Shown here in pieces: positions 1 through 9,866 of a stretch of DNA of 26,002 bases. The stretch comes from a virus (taxonomy: Duplodnaviria; Caudoviricetes): positions 1 through 26,002 of the IMG/VR virus record IMGVR_UViG_3300020045_002351, one strand, 5' to 3'. Position numbers and translations under genes: made by a program. Below the pieces are notes generated by a model that had not been told where the DNA came from, did no database searches, and saw nothing but the letters and a program-made list of their open reading frames with translations. Position 1 is the first letter of the stretch. Every line of letters begins with the position of its first letter.

Positions 1-169
1 GAAGCAGAGCGAGGAGGACTTCAAGAAGTCGCTTCTCGATTACCGCCGCCAAGTGGAGCGGGTTGTCAACGAGATCAAATCCGGGACCGGAGCCCCCGCC
101 GCGCCGCCCCCCGCCACTTCCGCAACCGACCGACTCCGAGCCGCAAAAGCAGCAGCACAAGGCCGATGA
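1..169 (+). CDS. 3' end of a gene truncated by the window edge; probable virion ejection/DNA-transfer protein
   Basis: Frame 2 is open: KQSEEDFKKSLLDYRRQVERVVNEIKSG...AAAQGR*. Its TGA (167-169) overlaps the next ATG. The product is inferred from position next to the large internal protein. Confidence 0.6.
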   Translation, partial: KQSEEDFKKSLLDYRRQVERVVNEIKSGTGAPAAPPPATSATDRLRAAKAAAQGR

Positions 170-3100
170 TCATTACCGACGAACGCCCGCTTTCCACCGT
201 TGCCCCGTCCGTTGCCGATGACCCCTTGGCGGTGCGCGCCACATTGGACGCGATGGATGACGACGAAAAGCGGCGGCGTGAAAAGGAACTCGCCAAGGCG
301 GAAGCGGAAGCGGCGCGGATGCACGTTCTTGAGCAGAACGCCCGAATCGAGGCGATCAACCGGCAGATCACCAGCGACGCCGACACGGTCCCGGTTCTCG
401 GCGACATGGTGGCGATGACCAAGCCGCAGATCGAACCGTTGCGGCGGGTTCCCGGCCTAAACGAGCCCGACGCTTTCGAGATTCGCGGCTACTTGGACCA
501 GGACGGCAACGCCACGCCGGAGGGCGAGCTGTTCCTGGAGCTTCAGGACTCGGGAATCTACGACGAAGCCGGGAACCTGACGATGAAAGGGCAGGCTTTC
601 GCGCTCGCCCCGGAAGACTCGCTCGACCCGCAAAACCTTGAGCTTTTCGCCATCCGCGACGAAGCCGGGCTAGAGGACGAGGATGATCTTACATTCGGCG
701 GCGCGGTTCAAGGCGTCGGCGGGTTCCTTTGGGACGCGGTCAAGGGCGGGACGCGGATGATGGGGAACATCAAAACCGGTGGGCTATTCACGACCGAGGC
801 GGAAATGCAGCTTCAAACGGGCGCGATGGTGATGGGCGCGGCAAAGGCGCAATCCCAGCTTGGCGCAGGCATCTTCCGTGCCGCTGAAAAGCTATGGCTG
901 GAACCCGGCGAGGACCGGACGGCTTATTACGCCAGCAAGCAGGACTACAAACGGTCCATGCGCGACATTCAAGACTTGGACGCAGCGGAGGCTATTGGCG
1001 GGATTGTTGGCAGCGCGGAAGTGCTGACCAATATGGAGCAAGCCCGTGCCGCCAATATCGCGGAAGTCGGACCAGAGCGTGCCGCAAAGATCGAAAAGGA
1101 AGCGGAAGCATTTGGTAGCTTGGTCCTCGACCCGTCAAACGCGGCATCTTTCGGGGCTGGATTCTTTTTCAATTCCACAACGAAAGCGCCGACCATTTTC
1201 GCGAAACTTTCGCAGACCGTCGAAAAGGCGGCAGTTCTCAAAGCGCAATCAGCAGCGGCGAAAACCGCGCTTGCGGCGGCTGATTCCACGTTCACCCGTA
1301 GCGCCAAGATTGCGGAACTCGCGGCAAAGCAGTCGGACAACTTGGCGAGCATCGGCGACACGGCATCCGCGCAATCCGTTCGGGCGATGGCGAACCGCTA
1401 CGGCGCGAAAGCGTTTGCCGCCAAGTCCACAAGCGAACGGCTGGCGGCGGAACTCGCGCAAACGACCGGGCAGCTCGACAAGATGGCGCTGAAAGCAGGC
1501 GGGGCGCAGGCGGTTCTTTCCACGATGGAGACTGCCCGCCAGCTTAAGGCGGTCCCGTTCAACGCCGTCGCCAAGACAACCGAGAACGTCGGAGACCTGC
1601 TCATCAAGGCGGACGAGGGACTAGGCGACCTCGTCACCGCCATCGGCATCAGCAAGGAGAGCCAGAAGCTCCTGAAATACTTCGGGACCGGGGTAGGCGT
1701 TACCGTCAACCCGGCGCTCGCAGCCATTCCCGGCATCCTGGCCGCTGGGCCGGTCCTGAAGGGCGTCGCCAACCTCTCCCGCGTCATCGGCAAGGAAACG
1801 CTCGCCGCACGCGGTAGCCTGCCGTTTTGGCGGCGCGTGTCGCAGAACAGCGCGGCGGGTCCGCTCGCCCGTGGGACCGCTCACCTTTTCGACGAGATGA
1901 CGCTTGGCGGGAAGGTGTTCGCGCCCGTTCGCGGGGCAAAGACCGTGGCGAAAGGAATGGCGGTTGCCGCGCCGATGGACATGGCTTTCGAGGTTCTGGC
2001 GGCTGGAGGCGAGATGGACGGGAACACGATGAAGCGGGCGCTTGCCGAGTCGCTGGTTTTCGGCGGTTCCGGCGCTCTCGCGGGTTCCGTGGTGCGCGGC
2101 TCGCTCAAGCAAAAGCAGGCGCAGCAGATGGGTGACGAGATCAACTTCCGGTCCATGCTCCCGGACGCGCAGAAAGCCGCCTTTGCCAAGATGGGGCAGG
2201 GCGCACGCCGGACCATGGCGACCTTTGCCGCGCTGAATCCATCGCTGAATTTCAACCTGACCGAGTCGGGACCGTCATCCTACCACCGGGACATCAACAC
2301 TGCGACGATCAACGTCAACCAAAGCGACTGGCTCAAGCCGCTGGTTGCGCATGAGGTGAACCACTACATCACCGCCCGCGCTCAGATGGAAACGGGCATT
2401 TCCGCGCTGCTTGTCGGGCTTGACGGCGTTGCGGGGATGCTCCGCAAGGCGGACGGCACGCTTGACCCGACGTTCAAGGGGGCAATGGATGCCTATAACG
2501 ACCGGATGGCGTCGCAGGGCGACAAGGCGCTCACGCCGGAAGAGTTCGCCGTCGAATACTTCAACGAGACGACCGTGGAAGACTTGGTCGGCATGGTCGA
2601 ATCCGGCGAGTATCAGCGGATCGGATCGCGGACGAATACCGAGCGGGTCATGCGTGAAATCGCCTCGTCCTTCGTGGCGAAAACCCCGATCATCCGCGAC
2701 CTAGCAATCAAGCTAGGCGGCGCGTTCGACAAGGGCGGGAACATGGTCCAAGGCAACGGCTTACTTGCCGGTGGCGTCCGGGAACTCCCCGGTGCAAAGA
2801 AGATGCTCCGCGACATGCTCAAGAAGAGTGCGGGGCGCGTCGAAGTCCCGATGGATTCCAGCAAGACCGAGAAGGGCGCGAGCAAGGAGAAAGGCGTGCC
2901 GCTTCCCCGCGAGATGGTCCGCGACACCATGGCGGACTCGCTCTTTTCTCTATTCGAGACCGACAAGGAAGGGAACGTGAAGCGCGATAAGGACGGCGAT
3001 CCGATCCCTCGATCAAAAGCATCGGACGCCAAGAACGAGCTTGTGGGGCGAATGCTCATCGACATCCAGAAGGAACGGATTCGCAAGGGTGAACAACTAC

Positions 3101-3834
3101 CTGTTGGCGGCTTGACCTTCGACGAGGAAAGCGGCAACTGGAAAGGGACACACCTCGACCCGTCGCAGATCAAGGCGATTGAAGACAGCGGCGTTTTCAA
3201 CGAGCGGCAGCTTGCGATATTGCGCGGAATGAACCAGTCCGCCAAGAAGCGCGACGGGTCAACGTGGGCAATGATCTATCAGCCGTCGCTTGTGAAGGGC
3301 AAGAACGGCAAGCCGCGTTACGAGGCAATCGCCCCGACCTTCCGCGAGGTGGTCCCGGTGGAAATCGTCATCACCCAGGCGGGCAACATTCTCGTCCAGA
3401 CCATGAGCGTCACCCAGCTTGTGGAAAACGTCCGCGAGCGGGCGGCGACGAAGCTAGGCAAGAAGCTATACAACGGCGACCAGAACGCGATGATGCGCGA
3501 CGTGGAGAACGTGCTGGCGCTTCACCGGCAGGGCAAGCGAACGGATGCCTATTTCAACGAGAAATACACCGAGGCGAACGGACCCGAACACAAGAAATTC
3601 ATCAACACGCTTTTCGGCCTGATGACCAAGGCACAGCAGGACATCAACCCGCTATTCAACGAGGAAGGCATCAAGTATTCCTCCAACGTCTTCAAGTCCC
3701 GCCGACTCGACCGGATTAACCACACCGCGAAGATGCAAGGGCGTCCCGCGCTGCCGTTCGGATACACCGAGGTGAAGGGGAATTACTTCCCGCTTGGCGA
3801 GCCATCCACCACACCGGAGCCACAAGAGCAATGA
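166..3834 (+). CDS. Large internal virion/ejection protein (1222 aa) with a zincin-like HEXXH motif
   Basis: Long Ala/Gly-rich, helical-looking ORF with ATGA overlaps at both ends. LVAHEVNHYI is followed by EEFAVEYF. Size and position are typical of podovirus ejection proteins. Confidence 0.65.
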   Translation: MIITDERPLSTVAPSVADDPLAVRATLDAMDDDEKRRREKELAKAEAEAARMHVLEQNARIEAINRQITSDADTVPVLGDMVAMTKPQIEPLRRVPGLNEPDAFEIRGYLDQDGNATPEGELFLELQDSGIYDEAGNLTMKGQAFALAPEDSLDPQNLELFAIRDEAGLEDEDDLTFGGAVQGVGGFLWDAVKGGTRMMGNIKTGGLFTTEAEMQLQTGAMVMGAAKAQSQLGAGIFRAAEKLWLEPGEDRTAYYASKQDYKRSMRDIQDLDAAEAIGGIVGSAEVLTNMEQARAANIAEVGPERAAKIEKEAEAFGSLVLDPSNAASFGAGFFFNSTTKAPTIFAKLSQTVEKAAVLKAQSAAAKTALAAADSTFTRSAKIAELAAKQSDNLASIGDTASAQSVRAMANRYGAKAFAAKSTSERLAAELAQTTGQLDKMALKAGGAQAVLSTMETARQLKAVPFNAVAKTTENVGDLLIKADEGLGDLVTAIGISKESQKLLKYFGTGVGVTVNPALAAIPGILAAGPVLKGVANLSRVIGKETLAARGSLPFWRRVSQNSAAGPLARGTAHLFDEMTLGGKVFAPVRGAKTVAKGMAVAAPMDMAFEVLAAGGEMDGNTMKRALAESLVFGGSGALAGSVVRGSLKQKQAQQMGDEINFRSMLPDAQKAAFAKMGQGARRTMATFAALNPSLNFNLTESGPSSYHRDINTATINVNQSDWLKPLVAHEVNHYITARAQMETGISALLVGLDGVAGMLRKADGTLDPTFKGAMDAYNDRMASQGDKALTPEEFAVEYFNETTVEDLVGMVESGEYQRIGSRTNTERVMREIASSFVAKTPIIRDLAIKLGGAFDKGGNMVQGNGLLAGGVRELPGAKKMLRDMLKKSAGRVEVPMDSSKTEKGASKEKGVPLPREMVRDTMADSLFSLFETDKEGNVKRDKDGDPIPRSKASDAKNELVGRMLIDIQKERIRKGEQLPVGGLTFDEESGNWKGTHLDPSQIKAIEDSGVFNERQLAILRGMNQSAKKRDGSTWAMIYQPSLVKGKNGKPRYEAIAPTFREVVPVEIVITQAGNILVQTMSVTQLVENVRERAATKLGKKLYNGDQNAMMRDVENVLALHRQGKRTDAYFNEKYTEANGPEHKKFINTLFGLMTKAQQDINPLFNEEGIKYSSNVFKSRRLDRINHTAKMQGRPALPFGYTEVKGNYFPLGEPSTTPEPQEQ

Positions 3835-4394
3835 CCGAAGAACTCTCAACCGACCAATGGGCAAGCGCCGAGGATATGGCGTTCTGGCGCGAGCGTGTCC
3901 GCCAGCGGGCCGAAAGCCGGTTGTCGGTATGCCCGACCGCGAAACAGGCGCTTGAAATCCGAGAGCCGGAGAAAGCCGCGCTCGCGCTTTACCTCAAGGC
4001 GAGGGGCGACCTGACGCGGGCCGAGATTGCCGCCAAGGTCGGAATCCCGATTCACCAGTTCTGGCGGCTGGAAAACCACCACCTCGCCGAGCTATCCGTC
4101 GAGCGGCCGGAACTCGCCAAGCGGCTTCACAACCTTACGAAGCGGACCCTTGACGTGATGGAGCAGAAGATTGACCAGATCGAGAACGATCCGGACTCGC
4201 TCAAAAATACCAGCCTCAAGGACATCGCCATCACGGTCGGGGTTCTCAGCGATAAGACCGCGCAGACGGCGGGCGTGGCCACGACTATCATCGAGCATCG
4301 CTCTGGGCCAACGCTTGAGGACGCCATGAACTTCCGCGACGTTGTCCGGCAGAGGATCGCGGACAAGGCCAAGACCGAGGCGATTGACGTATGA
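3831..4394 (+). CDS. terS: Probable terminase small subunit
   Basis: Lies directly upstream of terL. Has an HTH-like segment (LTRAEIAAKVGIPIHQFWRL), a helical middle and a SLKDIAITVGVLSDK segment. Confidence 0.6.
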   Translation: MTEELSTDQWASAEDMAFWRERVRQRAESRLSVCPTAKQALEIREPEKAALALYLKARGDLTRAEIAAKVGIPIHQFWRLENHHLAELSVERPELAKRLHNLTKRTLDVMEQKIDQIENDPDSLKNTSLKDIAITVGVLSDKTAQTAGVATTIIEHRSGPTLEDAMNFRDVVRQRIADKAKTEAIDV

Positions 4395-5992
4395 AGTGGA
4401 CACCGCACCCGCTACTCCCGATCCCGACCGATGACGAGTTTGCGGTGATGGAGCCGCAGGAAATCATCGAGTATCACAAGCTTCACCACGAAACGATTGA
4501 GAAGGCGACGAAAGACCCGTATCGCTACGGGTTCCGGCTGCCGCACTGGATGAAAGCGGAGACCGCGCTTGAAGAGGTGAACGAGGTTCTTGCGCTTGGG
4601 GGGAACCGTTCCGGGAAAACCGCGTGGGGAGCGTTTTGCGTGGTCCGCGCCGCCATCGAGAACCCGAATGCGGAAATATTCTGTTTCGCGCAAACGTCCG
4701 AGGTGTCCATCCGCCAGCAGCAGAAAGCCGTGTGGGAATGGCTCCCGCCGGAATACAAGACCAAGCAGCTTTCCAGCACGGCATACATCTCCTACACGCA
4801 GAAGAACGGATTCGCGGACGGAAGCCTGATCCTTCCGAACGGCTCGCAGATCATTTTCAAGACCTACAGTCAGTATCAGAACAACCCGACGATTCTGGAA
4901 GGTGCGGAACTCGGAAGCCGCGCCCCGAAGTGGATCAACGTCGGATGCTGGCTTGACGAGTATCTGTTAGGGCCGGACCTGATCGAAACCATCCGCTTCC
5001 GGTTGGCGACCCGCGACTCCAAGCTGCTTGTGACATTCACCCCGATTGACGGCTGGACCGAGGTGATCCGCGACTACCTCGACGGCGCGAAGATCATCGA
5101 AAGCAGGAAGGCGGAACTACTCCACGGGGAGACGGTCCCATACGTCCAGCGGAGCAAGAAGCGCAACGCGTCGGTCCACTACTTCCATTCGCAAGACAAC
5201 CCTTTCGGCGGCTACGAGCGAATCGCGGAAGACCTGAAATCCTCGTCCCGCGAGAACATCCTGATTCGCGCCTACGGGGTGCCAACCAAGAGCTTCACCA
5301 CGAAGTTTCCCAAGTTCTCCACGCTGGTCAACGTCATCGCCCCCGACAAGGTTCCGACCCGGAATGTCACCCGGTATCAGATCATCGACCCGGCAGGGCG
5401 GAAGAACTGGTTCATGTGCTGGATTGCCGTGGACGAGTCGGGCACGTTCTACGTTTACCGGGAGTGGCCGGGCGTGGATGTTGGCGATTGGGCGGAACAG
5501 GGCGGAAACGGGAAATGGAAGCCGGGACCAGGGGCGAAGGGTCAAGGGTGGGGGCTTGACGACTACCTCGGCGCGATTGAAGAAATGGAGCAAGGGGAGG
5601 AAATCTTTGAACGGCTGATCGACCCGCGATACGCGCAAATCAAGTATCAGGACAAGGAGCGGGAAAGCTGCCTGCTTTCGGACTTGGACGAGCTGGATTT
5701 CATCGTGAAGGCAGCCCCCGGCGACCATATCGAGGACGGGCTGCAAAAGCTGATCGACCTGATGGCTTACGACACTTCGAAGGACATTGATTCCGCCAAC
5801 CGCCCGCACTTCTACATTTCCGACGAGTGCGAGAACATCATCAAGGCGCTGGCGGAATACACCGGGGAAGACGGCAAGGATGAGGCGTGGAAAGACCCGA
5901 TTGACGTTCTCCGCTACGCCGCCGCCGCCGGAATCGACCATTACCCGGAAACCTCGTTCAAGACGGCGCGAATCGGGGCGGGCGGATACTGA
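4391..5992 (+). CDS. terL: Terminase large subunit
   Basis: Walker A GGNRSGKT, Walker B CWLDE, coupling motif TFTP, and nuclease acidic motifs IIDPAG and KDPIDVLRY. Confidence 0.95.
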   Translation: MKWTPHPLLPIPTDDEFAVMEPQEIIEYHKLHHETIEKATKDPYRYGFRLPHWMKAETALEEVNEVLALGGNRSGKTAWGAFCVVRAAIENPNAEIFCFAQTSEVSIRQQQKAVWEWLPPEYKTKQLSSTAYISYTQKNGFADGSLILPNGSQIIFKTYSQYQNNPTILEGAELGSRAPKWINVGCWLDEYLLGPDLIETIRFRLATRDSKLLVTFTPIDGWTEVIRDYLDGAKIIESRKAELLHGETVPYVQRSKKRNASVHYFHSQDNPFGGYERIAEDLKSSSRENILIRAYGVPTKSFTTKFPKFSTLVNVIAPDKVPTRNVTRYQIIDPAGRKNWFMCWIAVDESGTFYVYREWPGVDVGDWAEQGGNGKWKPGPGAKGQGWGLDDYLGAIEEMEQGEEIFERLIDPRYAQIKYQDKERESCLLSDLDELDFIVKAAPGDHIEDGLQKLIDLMAYDTSKDIDSANRPHFYISDECENIIKALAEYTGEDGKDEAWKDPIDVLRYAAAAGIDHYPETSFKTARIGAGGY

Positions 5993-5994
5993 GC

Positions 5995-6023
5995 TTGCCA
6001 AATCCTTAGTGATTTACTAAGGA
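5995..6023 (+). promoter_or_regulatory. Putative promoter TTGCCA-N17-TAAGGA containing a palindromic operator
   Basis: Inverted repeat TCCTTAGT-N5-ACTAAGGA (6003-6023). Same architecture recurs at 9882-9910. Confidence 0.6.
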
Positions 6024-6029
6024 ATGCCA

Positions 6030-6428
6030 ATGCCAGCAACCGAGCGCCCTAAATCCCGCCTAGACGACGGGCGGATCAACCCGGAATACACCGCGTGGCG
6101 GAAGGCGAACATTCTCGGCAAGGGAAAGGCCGGAGAAGCGAAAGGGCTTACGGCATGGCTCAATGAGGATTCGCCCCAATTAGCCAAGCAGCCGCTTACT
6201 GATCAGGCGTTGAACGTGGTGCTTGATCAGGTTTTCGCTTCGTCATCCGCTCTTGTCCTAAAGGGCACCAAGACCACGAAAAACGCGATGTTCGTGATGG
6301 CAACATCTCCCGACGAGGAAGGATGCAGCGTTCCCGTCCGGCTTCTCAAGAAAGGGACCGGCGCGAAGCTCATCAAGAAGGAGATCAAGGTCGAACGGCG
6401 GGACGGCCAATTCTTTCAAATCCGATGA
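6030..6428 (+). CDS. Hypothetical protein, probably leaderless (alternative start 6024)
   Basis: Fills the gap between terL and portal. Its TGA overlaps the portal ATG. ATG 6030 sits 7 nt after the putative -10 box. Confidence 0.75.
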   Translation: MPATERPKSRLDDGRINPEYTAWRKANILGKGKAGEAKGLTAWLNEDSPQLAKQPLTDQALNVVLDQVFASSSALVLKGTKTTKNAMFVMATSPDEEGCSVPVRLLKKGTGAKLIKKEIKVERRDGQFFQIR

Positions 6429-8512
6429 CCGACGACTTCGACGACATGGTTTACACCGAGAAGGAGCCGGACATCCCGACCCTTTCCCGCTACTACGCGC
6501 AGACGACGGCGGACCTCGGGTTCTACTTCGACCAGTGCCGCCGGAACTACGACGACCGCCGCAACCTTTGGGCGGGTAAGTCGTGGGACTTGCGCAAGAA
6601 CGCCGTGGACGCCTTCCCGTGGCAGGGCGCGAGCGACCAGGAGACGCACGTAGTCGGCGAGCGGATCGACACGCACATTGCGCTTGCGATGAACGCGATC
6701 AACCGCAGCCACGTAAAGGCGCTTGCCGCCAACGTCGAATCCCTCCCGCGTGCCGCTACGGTGTCCGCCTTCGCCAAGTGGATGCGGTCGAACTACATCC
6801 GCAACTTCACGACCGAACACGAAAAGGCGTGTAACTACGGCTACGAAAAGGGGCTGATGGTCACTTACGTTGGCTGGGAGAAGGTCGAGCGCACCTTTCA
6901 GCAGGAATTCACCCTTGAGGAAATCGCAGCCGCGAATCCCGACATCGCCGACATGATCGTTGCGGGCGACGATGACGACATGCTCGCGGAAATGCTCATC
7001 CAGGCATTCCCGAAGCTCAAGCCGTCCCGCGCCAAGAAGGCAATCCGCCAGCTACGGCAAAACGGAATGGCGACGCTGGTTGTCTCCCGCTCCGGGCTGA
7101 TGGACTCCCGCCCGTTCGTGAAGGCATGCGCTCCCGATGGCGAGGTGTTCTTTCCTGCCTACTGCATGGACCCGCAGCGGGCTCCCTACGTCTTTTGGCG
7201 GCAACTCTACACCGCGCAGGAGATCGAGAACAAGGTGACGAATGAAGGCTGGTCCCGCGAGTGGGCCGACAAGATGATTTCGGACTACCGGGGAACCGGC
7301 GTCGCCGAACTCATCTTCGACACCCAATACCAGAACCGCGTTTCGGGCGGCTACCCCCGCGACATCTCCGGCAACAACGAATTGATCCTAGTCGTGCATT
7401 GCTACCAGCGACTCGTTGACGAGGATGACGGCAGCGAGGGGATTTATTGCACCGTTTTCAACCCCTACTTCACCGGGACCGAGGGCGACCCGTGCCCCGC
7501 CTATGCCAAGCGCGAGCTTCTGAACGGATACGATCAATACCCGTTCGCCGTCACCCGCATGAGCGCGGACAACGACCGGGTTTACGACCTGCAAGCGATG
7601 CCCGAACGCCTCCGGGGCGCTCAGTGGCAAATCAAGGTCGAGCGGGACAGCCGGATCGACCGGACGAGCTTGGCAACTTGCCCGCCGCGTGAAGGCCCAG
7701 CCGGACGCCCGCCGCCGGAGTGGGGACCGGGGCGCTACGTCCCGACCCGCCGCCGGGGAGAATACGGATACGCGGAAATCCCGCGCTTTGACCCAGGCTC
7801 AATCGAGATCGAGAACACGCTTTCGCTGATGGCGGACAAGATCGTCGGGCTGGACGTGAATTCCCCGCTCATGCCGATCCGGCAACAGTTCTACGTCAAT
7901 AAGACGCTGGAACATGGATGCGCGGTCTTGAAGCTTGCTTACACCTGTTTCCAGCGGTTCGGGCCTGACGAGGTGTTCTTCAACGTCACCGGGGTTCCCG
8001 ACCCGATCACGATGGAAAACGTGGATGACGACGCGTTCGACATCACGATGACCTTCGACACGCTTTCCAACGACCCGGAGACCATGAAGGCGCGGGCGGA
8101 ACAGATGGCGTCGTTGATGGCGTTCGACAAGAACGGGCGCATGGACGCATCGAAGCTCGTTGAATTCCTCGCCTACACCATTGACCCGGCGTTTGCGTCG
8201 CATGTTCTTTTGCCAGCCGAGGAGAACAGCCAGAAGTTAATGAAGGCAATCACGGACGACTTCGCGAAGCTCTTCGGAGGCGTCGCCATCGGCCCGCAGC
8301 CAAACGGGGCGCAGGTCACGCTACAGCTTGGCCAGCAGTGGATGCAACAGCCCGACGTTGCCCAGCGATACGAAGGCGACGAGGCATTCAAGGCCCGCGT
8401 GGACGGCTACTTCAAGCAGGCTCAATTCCAGATCCAGCAGGCCGAGAACGCACAGATCGGACGCATCGGAGCAGCCCCCGCCGAGTTCCAAGGAACCAAC
8501 CTTCAATCATGA
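6425..8512 (+). CDS. Portal (head-tail connector) protein, about 695 aa
   Basis: Size and position between terL and scaffold. AFPWQGASD near the N-terminus and a Gln-rich C-terminus. Start set at the ATGA overlap at 6425 instead of 6323. Confidence 0.85.
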   Translation: MTDDFDDMVYTEKEPDIPTLSRYYAQTTADLGFYFDQCRRNYDDRRNLWAGKSWDLRKNAVDAFPWQGASDQETHVVGERIDTHIALAMNAINRSHVKALAANVESLPRAATVSAFAKWMRSNYIRNFTTEHEKACNYGYEKGLMVTYVGWEKVERTFQQEFTLEEIAAANPDIADMIVAGDDDDMLAEMLIQAFPKLKPSRAKKAIRQLRQNGMATLVVSRSGLMDSRPFVKACAPDGEVFFPAYCMDPQRAPYVFWRQLYTAQEIENKVTNEGWSREWADKMISDYRGTGVAELIFDTQYQNRVSGGYPRDISGNNELILVVHCYQRLVDEDDGSEGIYCTVFNPYFTGTEGDPCPAYAKRELLNGYDQYPFAVTRMSADNDRVYDLQAMPERLRGAQWQIKVERDSRIDRTSLATCPPREGPAGRPPPEWGPGRYVPTRRRGEYGYAEIPRFDPGSIEIENTLSLMADKIVGLDVNSPLMPIRQQFYVNKTLEHGCAVLKLAYTCFQRFGPDEVFFNVTGVPDPITMENVDDDAFDITMTFDTLSNDPETMKARAEQMASLMAFDKNGRMDASKLVEFLAYTIDPAFASHVLLPAEENSQKLMKAITDDFAKLFGGVAIGPQPNGAQVTLQLGQQWMQQPDVAQRYEGDEAFKARVDGYFKQAQFQIQQAENAQIGRIGAAPAEFQGTNLQS

Positions 8513-8910
8513 AGATCAAGCCGACCCGAAAGGGAATCGACCGTTTCGCCTACTTCTCGCAATGTGAGGATGTGTTGCGGCACCTTCCGACCCAAATGGA
8601 CCCGCAGGGGTTCACGGCGCTGGAGTGCTTCCACCAGCACGAAAGCACCGGGGAAACCCTGCCGTGCCGCGAGCCGGAACTACTGGACCGCGCCTTGAAC
8701 GGGAAAGAGCAGCACGGGCTTTCCGTGACGATGCTGGCAGAGGACTACGTCGGCCGAATCCTTTTCGCCAGCGAGATCAAGGCGAATTACCCCGAATGGG
8801 TCCAGCGCGACATCCTTGGCCGCGCCCGCCAGATCGCGCAAAGCGTTCTCGGATGGGTTCCCAGCTTCGTCGAGACCGGCGAAGATTTCTCAACTTTTCA
8901 ACCAACATGA
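8509..8910 (+). CDS. Hypothetical protein (133 aa, MKIKPTRKG...)
   Basis: ATGA overlaps at both ends and phage-like codon usage. Confidence 0.75.
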   Translation: MKIKPTRKGIDRFAYFSQCEDVLRHLPTQMDPQGFTALECFHQHESTGETLPCREPELLDRALNGKEQHGLSVTMLAEDYVGRILFASEIKANYPEWVQRDILGRARQIAQSVLGWVPSFVETGEDFSTFQPT

Positions 8911-9203
8911 CCGAAACCACCGAAGAAGCCATTGCCCGACTCGCGAAAGAGCGGGCCAAGACCATCCTTGAGACCGGAGACTTCTGGAGCGGACCGGGAG
9001 CAGCCAAGACCAGCTCGGAAGCTGTCGGGATGCTGCTTTCCTACCGCTGGACTCTTGACCCGCCAGACGAGGACGATTTCGAGATTGAAATTCGCGAGAA
9101 GCCGCCCGCTTCCGCGGTGAAGGCGAAGCGTGCCGACAAGGCCAAGGAACAAGCCGCAGCAACCGCCGAAGCCAATGCAGAACCCGAATCCGCCGACGCT
9201 TGA
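8907..9203 (+). CDS. Hypothetical protein (98 aa, MTETTEEAIAR...)
   Basis: ATGA overlap with the upstream gene, preceded by a pyrimidine-rich AACTTTTCAACC leader. Confidence 0.7.
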   Translation: MTETTEEAIARLAKERAKTILETGDFWSGPGAAKTSSEAVGMLLSYRWTLDPPDEDDFEIEIREKPPASAVKAKRADKAKEQAAATAEANAEPESADA

Positions 9204-9402
9204 GCAATCGCTCAAGGAGCTTGCCTTCAACGACTACTTCAAGGTGGTCATCCTCGACCTTGTGGAGCGTCGGGAGCAGGCCATCAAAGACCTTTCCGCC
9301 TACAAGGACGATTCCGCGCTGAGAAAGTCAGCCGCCGAGGTGACGGTGTTTACCGACATCCTCGACCTCTACGGAGTCGCCACGGGCGTCCCGGTTTCCT
9401 AG
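9175..9402 (+). CDS. Small helical protein of the kind found between portal and scaffold
   Basis: MQNPNPPTLEQSLKELAFNDYFKVVILDLVERREQAIKDL...; followed by a terminator. Confidence 0.7.
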   Translation: MQNPNPPTLEQSLKELAFNDYFKVVILDLVERREQAIKDLSAYKDDSALRKSAAEVTVFTDILDLYGVATGVPVS

Positions 9403-9422
9403 CTGATTGTGTGTGCATCAAG

Positions 9423-9453
9423 GCCCGTCCCTAGCAATGGGGGCGGGCTTTTT
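9423..9453 (+). terminator. Rho-independent terminator
   Basis: GCCCGTCCCTA-GCAA-TGGGGGCGGGC (11-bp stem including G-U pairs, GNRA loop) followed by TTTTT. Confidence 0.85.
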
Positions 9454-9829
9454 AGTCCCAAGCTGCGACTTTCAGCTTTGCGCGCTCGACCATTTCTTGG
9501 ACCGCGCCCAGAAGCTTCGTGGCGTCCTCAACCAGCCGGTCTTCATAGCCCGCATAAAGGTCTTCCGTGTCTGCGACGAATTCTTCGATAGACCCCGTCA
9601 GCTTGAATGTGTCGTCGCCGTCACCTCGGCGAACCAAGGCATAAAAAGCGGGGTCGGACAGGGTCCCGTCACCCCATGGGTCGGTTCGCGACAACCCGAA
9701 TGTGTGGTCCGCGGTGGTGTCGCAAGTCTCCACTCCTTTGATTCTTTCGAGGATTTCCGCCTTGCATTCATCGAGCGAGGAAAGGGTTTGCGTCATGAAA
9801 ATCTCAAAGCTGGTCGGTTCTTTGCTCAC
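9452..9829 (-). CDS. Acidic hypothetical protein (125 aa); lone antisense moron-like gene
   Basis: Fills the gap between the terminator and the scaffold promoter. Natural-looking protein sequence, own promoter, and a stop that lands in the T tract of the convergent terminator. Confidence 0.75.
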   Translation of the reverse strand: MSKEPTSFEIFMTQTLSSLDECKAEILERIKGVETCDTTADHTFGLSRTDPWGDGTLSDPAFYALVRRGDGDDTFKLTGSIEEFVADTEDLYAGYEDRLVEDATKLLGAVQEMVERAKLKVAAWD

Positions 9830-9835
9830 GCGGGA

Positions 9836-9844
9836 ATTGTAACA
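9836..9844 (-). promoter_or_regulatory. Extended -10 promoter for a leaderless transcript of the antisense gene
   Basis: Minus strand reads TG-T-TACAAT-TCCCGC-GTG; the start codon is 6 nt after the hexamer. Confidence 0.55.
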
Positions 9845-9866
9845 CTCGCGTCAATCATTACCGAAC

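Noticed and set aside
6323-6424. Upstream extension of the portal ORF, and similar extensions at 8338, 8625, 15476, 17178, 17617, 19167, 19313, 20989 and 23568
   Set aside because: They overlap the preceding genes or leaders; downstream starts, mostly at ATGA/GTGA overlaps, fit better.
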